IMG/VR virus record: IMGVR_UViG_3300025133_000062
Reading direction: 5' to 3' (one strand)
Length of the DNA stretch: 64,000 bases
DNA from: an uncultured virus (IMG/VR IMGVR_UViG_3300025133_000062)
Taxonomy: Duplodnaviria; Heunggongvirae; Uroviricota; Caudoviricetes
Each line of letters opens with the position of its first letter. The first letter of the stretch is position 1. A model generated the notes under the pieces. That model had not been told where the DNA came from, ran no database searches, and was given only the letters and a program-made list of their open reading frames with translations. Positions 17,126-26,217 of this stretch are shown piece after piece. The translations under genes were made by a program, and so were the position numbers.

Positions 17126-17171
17126 CGGCTTCAGGGAACCAAACCACTGTCTTTAAAGTAACGGACCAAGA

Positions 17172-17597
17172 GTGAAAGGAAAACAAGCTGTGGCATTGGT
17201 AAGTAAACAACAGAAACAGGCAATGTTTGAGGCAGCAGAAAACCTATCCGATAAACAGAAGGCGTTCATTGATAACTTATTCACCCCAGGTACGACACAA
17301 CAACAAGCAGCAATTAAAGCAGGTTACGCAGAGAAGTCTGCACATGTGGCAGCAAGCCGAAACCTAAAGCTACCCAACGTTCAAGAGTACCTCAATGCAT
17401 GCGTACAAGACGCCATACAGAGTAACTCAGTGATGGCTCTGCAGGCAGTAGCTGATCTGACCACCACAGCTAAAAGCCCGTACGTAAGACTCCAGGCAGC
17501 GCAAGACATACTCGACAGAGCAGGTCATAAGCCAGTGGACAAGTCCATGGTAGCAGTGCGTGGTGAGATGAACGTGAACATCAACTTAGGTGACTGA
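17172..17597 (+). CDS. terS: Terminase small subunit
   Basis: LSDKQKAF...QAAIKAGYAEKSAHVAASRNLK; RLQAAQDILDRAGHKP. Confidence 0.9.
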   Translation: MKGKQAVALVSKQQKQAMFEAAENLSDKQKAFIDNLFTPGTTQQQAAIKAGYAEKSAHVAASRNLKLPNVQEYLNACVQDAIQSNSVMALQAVADLTTTAKSPYVRLQAAQDILDRAGHKPVDKSMVAVRGEMNVNINLGD

Positions 17598-17796
17598 GTA
17601 AAGAGGGGGGGGGGTTTAAAACTCGGTCGCTACGCTCCCTAAAGGTCTTTCACACACATGATTTCTTAAAAAGGTAATTTCGGTGTTGTTGTTTTAAGTG
17701 CAGTTATTTCGTTTATGGTTAGGCATATTTCCTGCATTTGTTCTTGTGGTTCGGGCTAAAATTTACTATACGTTTTGTTATACATGTGGGGTTATT

Positions 17797-17988
17797 TTGG
17801 GAATTTTTATTCAAGATTTGTCTTTTGAAGACCTCCGGATGCTACGCAAGATCGTGCAAGCGGAACACAAAAAAACGTTTGGCGGGCATGAATTGAGCAA
17901 TGTGCAGGCGGATCAGTTTATCGAGAGTTTGGCCCCGGAAGTTACGGAAAAGGTATTGAAGGCAGCGGTTGATGGAGGTTTGCGTTGA
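17797..17988 (+). CDS. Small hypothetical protein
   Basis: FIQDLSFEDLRMLRKIV...ADQFIESLAPEVTEKVLK; start uncertain. Confidence 0.55.
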   Translation: MGIFIQDLSFEDLRMLRKIVQAEHKKTFGGHELSNVQADQFIESLAPEVTEKVLKAAVDGGLR

Positions 17989-18563
17989 CTGAAAATAATA
18001 CAAAATCATGGCTGGCACAAAATCAGCCGGAGATGGTGGAATTTTTTAAAGCAGCCCACGGCACAGCACCGCTGCGCTTCATCCTAGCGGAGACGCGGTA
18101 TAAATTGGCCTCGTTTTCCTCCTGGGACGACGCAGACGACATCGGTCGATGGGCGATGGAATCACGCCTGCACCACCACCTGTCATGCCTGCTCGTAGAA
18201 GCGATGTACGCCGCCGCTACGCGAGGCGACGACAAGGCGGGTATATCAAAAATTAATTTGGTGCGTGAGTTCGGCAGGGACGGCTACCGTGCGACCAGCA
18301 GGACACGGGTCTACGCCGCCATAAACGACGCCATCGAGCGCGGATATTTTTTGCAGCGAGACACGGGAAGAGATGTGTACATCTTCGCCTCGATGAAATT
18401 TTTGAAATCGCACTTCTACTGGACTGAAAGGCAGGCGAGAGCGCGGGATAGTCTCGACATCCCCCGACTAGCGAGGGATGTAGATGTCGCGTCTTTCAAG
18501 CTCGTGACGGAAAAGTTCGACTTGGAATTTGAAAAATTTTCGGCAAGAAGTAGTGATGGCTAG
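17985..18563 (+). CDS. Putative winged-helix DNA-binding protein
   Basis: ISKINLVREFG...SRTRVYAAINDAIERGYF resembles a MarR-type wHTH; GGAGG RBS. Confidence 0.55.
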   Translation: MTENNTKSWLAQNQPEMVEFFKAAHGTAPLRFILAETRYKLASFSSWDDADDIGRWAMESRLHHHLSCLLVEAMYAAATRGDDKAGISKINLVREFGRDGYRATSRTRVYAAINDAIERGYFLQRDTGRDVYIFASMKFLKSHFYWTERQARARDSLDIPRLARDVDVASFKLVTEKFDLEFEKFSARSSDG

Positions 18564-18665
18564 TCCCAAAGTGGGACGCCAAATCCCAAAATGAAACGCG
18601 ATTTCCGAAACTAAAGGGAATATAATGTACGCAAGTTGATGCATATAAGCAATTGATGGAGACTT

Positions 18666-18914
18666 GTGGTGAAAATAAACAATGTGGTTGCTTTGGATGA
18701 CTATCGGGTTTTTGACGAACAGAGAGAAATTTGGTCGAAGCACAAAAATGACCACCCCGCTGAATACCACGGAATTTACGTGACTGCGGATAATTCTGGA
18801 AAATTTTTGATATCGACATTTGGTAATTTGGATCATGGGGGTGCGATTGTGCTACTTGAACAGGTCATGGAGGCCGTGGCAATTGACAATTTTAAAACCC
18901 CCGAAAAAATTTAA
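18666..18914 (+). CDS. Hypothetical protein
   Basis: GGAG RBS; NVVALDDYR N-terminus. Confidence 0.55.
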   Translation: MVKINNVVALDDYRVFDEQREIWSKHKNDHPAEYHGIYVTADNSGKFLISTFGNLDHGGAIVLLEQVMEAVAIDNFKTPEKI

Positions 18915-19089
18915 CCCCGGACGATTTGAGGTTAGTTGGGATGAGGTGCGGGATGAATTTGTTGCACACGACAAACAAACTCTGGTTGACTACGCCATCC
19001 CGACGCACGTACTGGCTGTTCTCCAAGAAGAAGACTATCGCCTAGCCGCCTTTGCGGTCCAAGACTTCATCAGGCGCACAGCGCATTAG
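18820..19089 (+). CDS. Hypothetical protein (true start probably later)
   Basis: Ends 4 bp before terL. Confidence 0.4.
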   Translation: MVIWIMGVRLCYLNRSWRPWQLTILKPPKKFNPGRFEVSWDEVRDEFVAHDKQTLVDYAIPTHVLAVLQEEDYRLAAFAVQDFIRRTAH

Positions 19090-19093
19090 ATAG

Positions 19094-20623
19094 ATGGTTG
19101 ATTTCAATTATTCGCCTGACGGCAAGATAATTTCAAAATTCTTGAAGGACGATAGCTTTGTCAGAGGAATTAGAGGCCCAGTGGGTTCAGGTAAATCCGT
19201 TGCTTGTTGCGTTGAAATTTTCCGACGAGCCTGCCAGCAAGAACCAAATACCGATGGTATTAGATATTCGAAGTGGGCGATTGTACGAAATACAAATCCT
19301 GAACTCAGAACTACGACTATCGCCACGTGGCTCCAGTGGTTCCCGGAAAATGAATGGGGGAAGTTTCGCTGGTCGCCGCCATATACCCACCGTATCAGGC
19401 GCGGTGATGTCGATCTGGAAGTTATTTTCCTGCCTCTGGATACCCCTGAAGATGTTAAAAAACTCCTTTCCCTGGAAGTCACGGGCGTGTGGTGCAACGA
19501 GGCACGTGAGCTTCCCAAATCAATCATTGACGGGGCTACTAGCCGTGTGGGCCGCTATCCGTCGAAGAAAGATGGCGTCGGTGCTACGTGGCATGGGGTT
19601 ATCCTCGACACTAACGCACCGGAAACGGAACACTGGTGGCCGATAATGTCTGGGGAGACACCTCTGCCGGATCACATTGGCAGGGAACAGGCGCTAATGC
19701 TGGTTAAGCCCGATAACTGGACTTTTTTTACCCAGCCATCAGGAATGAACGAGATCAGGGATTATCGAAACGAACTGACCGGGTATGAAATGAACCCGGA
19801 ATGTGAAAATTTCAATAATTTGATGCCCACCTACTATGAAAATATGATCCGGGGTAAAACCAAAAGCTGGATCGATGTTTATGTCCTCAATCGCTTGGGA
19901 ACGGTCGAGGATGGCAAGTCTGTCTATCAGGGTTTCCTTGAGCGCACCCACGTTGCCAAGGGCGTGTTGGAACCTGCGGAAGGATTGGAAATTATAATCG
20001 GCATTGACTTCGGGCTGACCCCTGCCGCCGTTTTTGCTCAACGCCTTGGCAGCGGTAGATGGCTGGTACTGAGGGAACTGGTCGCTCAAGACATGGGGGC
20101 CATTCGTTTCGCGGAACAATTAAGAGTGACGATAGCGAGGTATTATGGAGAACATGAATACAAAATTTTCGGTGACCCGTCAGGTGACTTCAGGGCGCAG
20201 ACAGATGAGTCTACGCCATTCGACATTCTCAGGGGAGCCGGAATACGTGCTTTACCAGCACCCACAAACGATCCGGTTATCAGGATTGAGTCGGTTAATT
20301 CGATTCTCTCTCGCATGGTGGACGGTGAGCCTGGGTTCCTGGTTGATCAGAAAAATTGTCCCGTCCTGAAGTCTGGCTTTCTCGGCGGCTATCATTACAG
20401 GCGCTTGCAGATCAGCGGCGAGAAGTATGACGACAGGCCGCATAAGAATAAATTCAGCCATGTGCATGATGCTCTGCAATACGCAGTAGTGGGCGCGGGA
20501 GAGGGGCGTAGTATTGTGCGTGGCACCAAGGCTCTTAAACCCTTTCAGGCAAAGAGAGACTTTAACGTATTTGACCGAATGCGGAAGCGAGTTGGCAGAA
20601 ACCGGGGCTCCAGGGCTATATGA
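19094..20623 (+). CDS. terL: Terminase large subunit
   Basis: Walker A GPVGSGKS, WCNEARE, LDTN, nuclease GIDFGLTPA and SHVHDALQY. Confidence 0.97.
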   Translation: MVDFNYSPDGKIISKFLKDDSFVRGIRGPVGSGKSVACCVEIFRRACQQEPNTDGIRYSKWAIVRNTNPELRTTTIATWLQWFPENEWGKFRWSPPYTHRIRRGDVDLEVIFLPLDTPEDVKKLLSLEVTGVWCNEARELPKSIIDGATSRVGRYPSKKDGVGATWHGVILDTNAPETEHWWPIMSGETPLPDHIGREQALMLVKPDNWTFFTQPSGMNEIRDYRNELTGYEMNPECENFNNLMPTYYENMIRGKTKSWIDVYVLNRLGTVEDGKSVYQGFLERTHVAKGVLEPAEGLEIIIGIDFGLTPAAVFAQRLGSGRWLVLRELVAQDMGAIRFAEQLRVTIARYYGEHEYKIFGDPSGDFRAQTDESTPFDILRGAGIRALPAPTNDPVIRIESVNSILSRMVDGEPGFLVDQKNCPVLKSGFLGGYHYRRLQISGEKYDDRPHKNKFSHVHDALQYAVVGAGEGRSIVRGTKALKPFQAKRDFNVFDRMRKRVGRNRGSRAI

Positions 20624-21069
20624 AGGTCGCCGTCGATCCTCGGTTATCAATTTGGTATATCGGCTTTACCGATGCGGTAAATCACAATTTCTGGTTTACG
20701 CGCTTTCTCAAACCCGGATTCAAACACTGCTATGCTTTCTCATATGATGCTGGCAGCGATGCGTGGGTTTATTTTGATCCAGCTTATAATTCAACAACTT
20801 TAAGAGCTTTTAACCAGGCCCAAATGGAGCAATTTTTCACTCTGGTTCGCGGGCGTGATCTGGTGTTATGCGTGAAAATTAAAAGAGATCATATGTTCCG
20901 TAGTCGCTTGATGCAGACATGTGCATCTCAATTGGCGAACTTGATCGGGATTAATTTGTGGTGGGCATCGCCCTATCGCCTCAATTGTGCGTTGAGAAAA
21001 ATCGGCGCACAGGTCAGTTTCTTATCAGATCAATCAAGGAGAGAATCTGATGGGAAGTGTAGTAAGTAG
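20620..21069 (+). CDS. Hypothetical protein, possible permuted papain-like fold
   Basis: GFKHCYA...YFDP...TCASQLANLIG...SPYRL (His before Cys). Confidence 0.5.
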   Translation: MKVAVDPRLSIWYIGFTDAVNHNFWFTRFLKPGFKHCYAFSYDAGSDAWVYFDPAYNSTTLRAFNQAQMEQFFTLVRGRDLVLCVKIKRDHMFRSRLMQTCASQLANLIGINLWWASPYRLNCALRKIGAQVSFLSDQSRRESDGKCSK

Positions 21070-21298
21070 TGTTTTTGGCGGGAAACCAAAACAACCTACG
21101 GTGGACCCCCAAATCGCCAAGCAGTTGGCGGCAGTGAGAGCAGCAGAAGCAAAGAGATTGAAGGAGTCCGACGCCAAAAAAGCGGAGGAAGCCGCGCAGC
21201 TAAAACGTAATAAGCGTGGGCGCAGGAGCTTGTTTGCAGAAAATAATGCTGGTTCCGGTTTTGAAGAAATCGAGAAAAAGAAAAAGTCTTTAGCCTAA
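21050..21298 (+). CDS. Small virion assembly protein upstream of portal (T7 gp7.3-like position)
   Basis: MGSVVSSVFGGKPK...RGRRSL; AAGGAG RBS. Confidence 0.65.
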   Translation: MGSVVSSVFGGKPKQPTVDPQIAKQLAAVRAAEAKRLKESDAKKAEEAAQLKRNKRGRRSLFAENNAGSGFEEIEKKKKSLA

Positions 21299-22845
21299 TG
21301 GCCGACGAACGTTGCAAAGAATTACTGAAACTTTTTAAGCAACATAGCGCGACTCGTGATGGCTGGGTCGAAGCGTGGCAGGACTGCTATGACTATGCCT
21401 TGCCCAATCGCACCGGCTTTTATCTGTCGGTGGCTGGGCAAAAAAATACCGACAAGATATTTGACTCGACTGCCGTGCATGCCGTCCAGGAATTTGCCTC
21501 CCGCATGCAGGCGGGGCTTACGCCGCCTTTCGCCAAATGGTTCAGTTTTGCCGCCGGTACGGAAATCCCAAAGGAGCAGCGTTCCCAGGTAGACCGCCAA
21601 TTGGAGGAGATTGGTATTTATGTGTGGGAAGTTCTTCAAAACAGCAATCTGGATCAGGAACTGCATGAAGGCTATGTAGACCTTTCCGTAGGTACAGCAG
21701 GACTACTGATTGAAGAGGGTGATGAAATACACCCTGTCAAGTTTACGTCTATCCCGCAAACTCAGCTAGTGCTTGGGACCGGCCCGTTTTCTGCAATAGA
21801 CCCAACATGGCGTTCCCGTGAAATGACGGTGCGTAATATCAAGCTGACTTGGCCGAAGGCTAAAATCCCGGCGGAAATGAGTCGTGCTGCCAAGGACAAT
21901 GCGGAGAAGACGTTTAAGATCATAGAGTGCGTCAAGCGGGATTGGGAATATAAGCAATCAGAGAAATACAAATTCTATGTTCTTTCTCTGGAGCCGGAAG
22001 CGGAATTGTTCGATGCGGAGTTCTCCGGCGACGGTGCCAATCCCCTTGTAACCTACCGCTGGTCCAAAGCGGCTGGTGAAAATTACGGCAGAGGTCCGTT
22101 ATTTAATTCTCTCGCTGATGTGAAGACCTTGAATATGGTGGTTGAGATGGTGTTGCAAAATGCCGAACTGGCTATTTCCGGTATTTGGCAGGGCGACGAT
22201 GACGGCGTTATCAATCCCGATACCATTGAGCTTGTTCCTGGAACGATCATTCCCCGTGCGCCGGGAACTACCGGCCTGGAGCCTTTGCAGGCACCGGGGA
22301 ATTTTGATGTGGCGAATCTTATTCTGGAAGACATGCGGCATACTCTGAAAAAAGCATTGTTCAACGAGTCGCTAGGTGCGCCAGAAGGTACGCCCATGTC
22401 AGCTACCGAAGTGCATGAACGGATGGCTGATTTGGCGCGTACCATTGGTTCGGCGTATGGCCGCTTACATACCGAGTTGGTCACGCCTCTTCTTCGTCGT
22501 GTTGTTTATTTACTCAAGAAGCAGGGACGTATCAGCATCCCCCTGGTGAACGGCAGAGAAGTCAAAGTTGTTAATTCCTCGCCGCTGGCACAGGCGCAGC
22601 ATTCTGAGAATGTGGCCCGTGTAGCGCGGTTGGGTGAAATTATGAACGGCATGTTCGGCCCCCAGATTACCGCTCTTGTTTTGAAGGCGGAAGAAGCTGG
22701 CGCTTATGTCGGTGCAGAGATTGGGGTGCCAGACAAGCTATTGCGTAATGATGCAGAGCGGGAAGAAATGGCCCAGGCGATTGCCCAAACGGAACAGGTA
22801 TCCCAGGCTCAGAACGCTGCACAGGGAAATATCTTAGGAGGTTAA
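21298..22845 (+). CDS. Portal (head-tail connector)
   Basis: WQDCYDYALP, IFDSTAV, RWSKAAGENYGRGP, MSATEV. Confidence 0.95.
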   Translation: MADERCKELLKLFKQHSATRDGWVEAWQDCYDYALPNRTGFYLSVAGQKNTDKIFDSTAVHAVQEFASRMQAGLTPPFAKWFSFAAGTEIPKEQRSQVDRQLEEIGIYVWEVLQNSNLDQELHEGYVDLSVGTAGLLIEEGDEIHPVKFTSIPQTQLVLGTGPFSAIDPTWRSREMTVRNIKLTWPKAKIPAEMSRAAKDNAEKTFKIIECVKRDWEYKQSEKYKFYVLSLEPEAELFDAEFSGDGANPLVTYRWSKAAGENYGRGPLFNSLADVKTLNMVVEMVLQNAELAISGIWQGDDDGVINPDTIELVPGTIIPRAPGTTGLEPLQAPGNFDVANLILEDMRHTLKKALFNESLGAPEGTPMSATEVHERMADLARTIGSAYGRLHTELVTPLLRRVVYLLKKQGRISIPLVNGREVKVVNSSPLAQAQHSENVARVARLGEIMNGMFGPQITALVLKAEEAGAYVGAEIGVPDKLLRNDAEREEMAQAIAQTEQVSQAQNAAQGNILGG

Positions 22846-22893
22846 GATGGACAAACCAAGAAATATCTTAGGAGGTTAAGATGGACAAACCAA
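22826..22893 (+). repeat. Perfect 34-bp tandem duplication spanning portal stop, RBS and next start
   Basis: gaaatatcttaggaggttaagatggacaaaccaa x2. Confidence 0.9.
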
Positions 22894-23147
22894 AGAAGAG
22901 TTATAAGCCCCGAAAGGGTGACACTATAAAAGGCGCGGAGATGCCGAGCATCTTTAACTACGTTCAGATGTCCGGGACACATACTTTATCGTACCCCCCA
23001 TCGTTGTTCAGCCTCAACTACAATTGGAGACGTAAGTCCCGGGAGAACAGCGATGCCGAACGCGCCGTTGGTAAATCTCAACTTAAACGCTTCCTGGCGA
23101 ACCCGCGAAAATTCAGGAGTGGCCCAGCGGCAAGAAAAAAGAAATGA
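22881..23147 (+). CDS. Small basic protein, cassette 1
   Basis: AGGAGG RBS; KSYKPRKG...RKKK. Confidence 0.65.
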   Translation: MDKPKKSYKPRKGDTIKGAEMPSIFNYVQMSGTHTLSYPPSLFSLNYNWRRKSRENSDAERAVGKSQLKRFLANPRKFRSGPAARKKK

Positions 23148-23177
23148 AGATTAAGATGACGAACAAGCTAGGAGCAT

Positions 23178-23525
23178 ATGATGGGTGAGAAGAGTGATAA
23201 GCCCCGAAAGGGTGCGAAATCGTTGTTCAACAATAAAGCCCGCAGGAAGAATAGTTGGTTCCCGGGGAATGAAGAGCTACCTATCGAAGTCAAGAACCGT
23301 AAAACGGGGGAGACTGACCATGATGAGACGGCACGGATTTCTTCGGGCAACATAATCAGCCGGGTCGCTCAAGGTGCCTTTAAGGATAAGCCTATTGACT
23401 TCGTTAAGCACGTAGCGAAAGAACGTTGGGCGAACGAAGGTAATGCCGCTCGTGCTGTTCGATCCGGCGCTAAAGCCGATTTAATACGCCGTGGAAAGAT
23501 GTCTGGGTTAAGAAAAAAGAATTAG
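23178..23525 (+). CDS. Small basic protein, cassette 2
   Basis: AGGAG RBS; KSDKPRKG...SGLRKKN. Confidence 0.65.
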   Translation: MMGEKSDKPRKGAKSLFNNKARRKNSWFPGNEELPIEVKNRKTGETDHDETARISSGNIISRVAQGAFKDKPIDFVKHVAKERWANEGNAARAVRSGAKADLIRRGKMSGLRKKN

Positions 23526-23589
23526 GAGGTTAAGATGATGAACAAGTTTCTCTTGTACAACAAAGATTTTTCTGGAGGGAGTACAGCTG

Positions 23590-23841
23590 ATGCCTGATTA
23601 TAATAGCATCGCGCGTCGATGGCATGAGCAGCGTCGTTATATTACTCAGAAAGCCCCTTATGGCCGATGGGTTGATGGTAGGCCAAGGACAGAAAGAGAG
23701 TTCGTGATACAGAGCCAGATGAATATGGATGCTGCACAGAAAGCTGCTGGCTGGGTGAATGGGGTACCCCCTGCTGAGAAGCAGAAGAAGCAGAAGAAGC
23801 AGAAGAAGCAGAAGACGTCTGGGTTCAGAAAAAAGAAATAA
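23590..23841 (+). CDS. Small basic protein, cassette 3 (KQK x4 from a 9-bp repeat)
   Basis: GGAGGGAG RBS; ...SGFRKKK. Confidence 0.65.
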   Translation: MPDYNSIARRWHEQRRYITQKAPYGRWVDGRPRTEREFVIQSQMNMDAAQKAAGWVNGVPPAEKQKKQKKQKKQKTSGFRKKK

Positions 23842-24113
23842 TGAAAAAGCAGCAGGCTATTGGTCCAGATGGCGTCAGCAGAACTCCAGGCCAGGAACAG
23901 CGAATTAACGAAGCGTTCTTCCATACCTTTAAGGGAGAGGCCGCTGAATATACTTTGAATTATTTGCGCTCAATCACTATCTCAGCCGTCCACGGCCCAG
24001 GTGCCACAGACGGTGAATTGAGACACAAAGAAGGCATGCGTGACCTAATGCGAATTATCAATACCCGGATCGAACTGGGTGAACTTTACAGTAGACAACA
24101 AGTGGAGAATTAG
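23841..24113 (+). CDS. Bbp19-like conserved protein between portal and scaffold
   Basis: FKGEAAEYTLNYLRSITI...LRHKEGMR. Confidence 0.8.
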   Translation: MKKQQAIGPDGVSRTPGQEQRINEAFFHTFKGEAAEYTLNYLRSITISAVHGPGATDGELRHKEGMRDLMRIINTRIELGELYSRQQVEN

Positions 24114-24114
24114 T

Positions 24115-24906
24115 ATGGCTGATGGTGGAGAAGGTTCAAGTGCGGAAGCTGGCGGCGAAGGCGGCGAGAGTACTGCCGCAGAAATGCCCGCAGGCGTTCC
24201 GACAAAATTCTGGGACGGTGATGCTGGCTCAGTAAATTACGAGGCGTGGGGCAAGTCCTATAATGAAATGGGCGGCAAACTGCGTTCTCAAAAAGCAGAA
24301 TTAACAGACAGTATCCGAAGTGAATTAGAAACAGAGCGGTTTGCCAACCGGCCAGAAAGTGCCTCTGATTACAAACTGGAGATGCCCGAAAGCATCGCTG
24401 AATCCATGCCGGAAGGCATGGAATGGCAATGGGAAGATGGTGACCCTATGGTGGGTTGGTGGCGCGATGTCGTGCATGAGGCTGGCGGTGATCAGGATAT
24501 GTTTAATTCCGGCATTGAAATGTATATGGCATCTCAACTTGGCGGTCTTCCTGATCTTGACAGTGAAATGGAAGCTCTTGGTGACCACGCCGCCCCCCGT
24601 GTTGAGCGGGTACAGATGTGGGCGCAGCAGAACCTTTCCGAAGAAGGCATGGCGGGATTGACCGACATGATGACCAGCGCCGAGGCTATTGGCGTAATGG
24701 AAGAGTTAATGAGCAAGATGGGCGAAGCCCCGTTTTCCGCCCAGGATATTCCAGGTCGAGGTGATGGTACGACCTATGCCGATCTTCGTGCCAAGATGGA
24801 AGACCCCAAATATTGGAACCCGCTGCTACGCGATGACGCCTATGTAAAAGACGTTGAAGCTGGCTTTCAGCGCCTTGCGGAACTTGAAGATAAGAATCTA
24901 ATCTAA
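24115..24906 (+). CDS. Capsid scaffolding protein
   Basis: Acidic; PTKFWD, MEDPKYW...DDAYVKDV; immediately upstream of capsid. Confidence 0.8.
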   Translation: MADGGEGSSAEAGGEGGESTAAEMPAGVPTKFWDGDAGSVNYEAWGKSYNEMGGKLRSQKAELTDSIRSELETERFANRPESASDYKLEMPESIAESMPEGMEWQWEDGDPMVGWWRDVVHEAGGDQDMFNSGIEMYMASQLGGLPDLDSEMEALGDHAAPRVERVQMWAQQNLSEEGMAGLTDMMTSAEAIGVMEELMSKMGEAPFSAQDIPGRGDGTTYADLRAKMEDPKYWNPLLRDDAYVKDVEAGFQRLAELEDKNLI

Positions 24907-25073
24907 TTGTGCGTTGAAATTTTCTGCTATAGAGCGGATTTTGGGGGGGCAGATACGGCCCCATCCGTTCCATAGCGGCCCCTCTTGAGGCATACCCGCA
25001 TTCTTGGAAGCGAAGGCACACCCGTTCAGCAATGAGCTTTGTGTTTTTGTTTTAACTCAAGAGGAGACAGGAT

Positions 25074-25892
25074 ATGTCTACTTCCATTTCAACAGCATTT
25101 ATCAGACAATTTGAGTCTGATGTGCATGTAGCGTACCAGCGTTTTGGTACGAAACTACGCAATACGATCCGGCGTAAGGTCCAGGTCGAAGGCGAAGATG
25201 TGCGGTTCCAGAAATACGGTACCGGCACGGCTTCTACTAAATCCCGCCATGGTGACGTTCCCCTTATGAATGTCAGTCACACTACGGTGGATTGTACGCT
25301 CACGGATCATTATGCCGCTGAGTATATTGATGAACTCGATATGCTGAAAACGAATATCGAGGAACGCTCCCTTGCCGCACAGGCTGGTGCTGCTGCCCTT
25401 GGCCGCAAAACCGATAGCCTTATCACTACGGCAATGGACACAACTACTTCAACTATTGCACATGGTTCCACCGGATTGACGAAGGCTAAAGTATATAGCG
25501 CCTTTGAAACTCTGGGCGGTAATGATGTGCCGGATGACGGACAACGGTTCTGGGTTGCTTCCCATGCTGGCTGGACCGATCTTCTGGATGTGGAAGAATT
25601 TGCCAGTGCCGACTATGTTGGCGCTGATAGTCTTCCGTTCAATGGAATGACCGCAAAACGGTGGATGGGCTTCTTGTTCTTCACCTTCTCCGGTCTTGAT
25701 GTCGCCACCAATATCCGCAAAACCTTCTGCTACCACACGACCTCTATGGGTCACGGTATCGGCAAGGATATCGCCCAGGACATTACTTGGGATGGGCGGA
25801 AGCAGGCGCATTTGGTTGTCAATAAAATGAGCCAAGGTTCGGTTCTGGTTGACGCCAACGGCATCATCGAAGTCTCAATAGACGAATCGTAA
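25074..25892 (+). CDS. Major capsid protein
   Basis: MSTSISTAFIRQFESDVHVAYQR, YAAEYIDELD, AALGRKTD. Confidence 0.9.
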   Translation: MSTSISTAFIRQFESDVHVAYQRFGTKLRNTIRRKVQVEGEDVRFQKYGTGTASTKSRHGDVPLMNVSHTTVDCTLTDHYAAEYIDELDMLKTNIEERSLAAQAGAAALGRKTDSLITTAMDTTTSTIAHGSTGLTKAKVYSAFETLGGNDVPDDGQRFWVASHAGWTDLLDVEEFASADYVGADSLPFNGMTAKRWMGFLFFTFSGLDVATNIRKTFCYHTTSMGHGIGKDIAQDITWDGRKQAHLVVNKMSQGSVLVDANGIIEVSIDES

Positions 25893-25904
25893 GAGAGGTT
25901 AATC

Positions 25905-26171
25905 ATGGCTTACGCAGCTTCTGGACTTTCATTGCTGGCAACTGCCAACGGGTTTTCCCTCTGGCATTACAGCACAACGGACGCTATCGCTGACGTTAAT
26001 AGCGCAAGCTATTTTACGGGCGATGCCGTCAATATGTTGCAAGTGCGCGATGTTATTATCGTGTGTGATACCAGCACCCCGACGACTAGTTTCGTCAGTG
26101 TGTTGAGCAACGATGGCTCGGATGTCGATGTCAGTGACGGTTTAGCCGTTACCGAAACCGATACCGACTAA
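25905..26171 (+). CDS. Small head decoration/cement-like protein
   Basis: Follows capsid; beta-rich; YSTTDAIADVNSASYF. Confidence 0.6.
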   Translation: MAYAASGLSLLATANGFSLWHYSTTDAIADVNSASYFTGDAVNMLQVRDVIIVCDTSTPTTSFVSVLSNDGSDVDVSDGLAVTETDTD

Positions 26172-26177
26172 GGATAC

Positions 26178-26206
26178 CGGGGCGGGGCAACCCGTCCCAT
26201 TCCTTT
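26178..26206 (+). terminator. Hairpin, probable terminator after capsid genes
   Basis: gggcggg-gcaa-cccgtcc followed by attccttt. Confidence 0.5.
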
Positions 26207-26217
26207 AGGAGAGTTAT

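Noticed and set aside
22826..23843. CRISPR-like array
   Set aside because: Repeats are degenerate and contain RBS and start/stop codons, the intervals are 250-350 bp ORFs, and no cas operon is present
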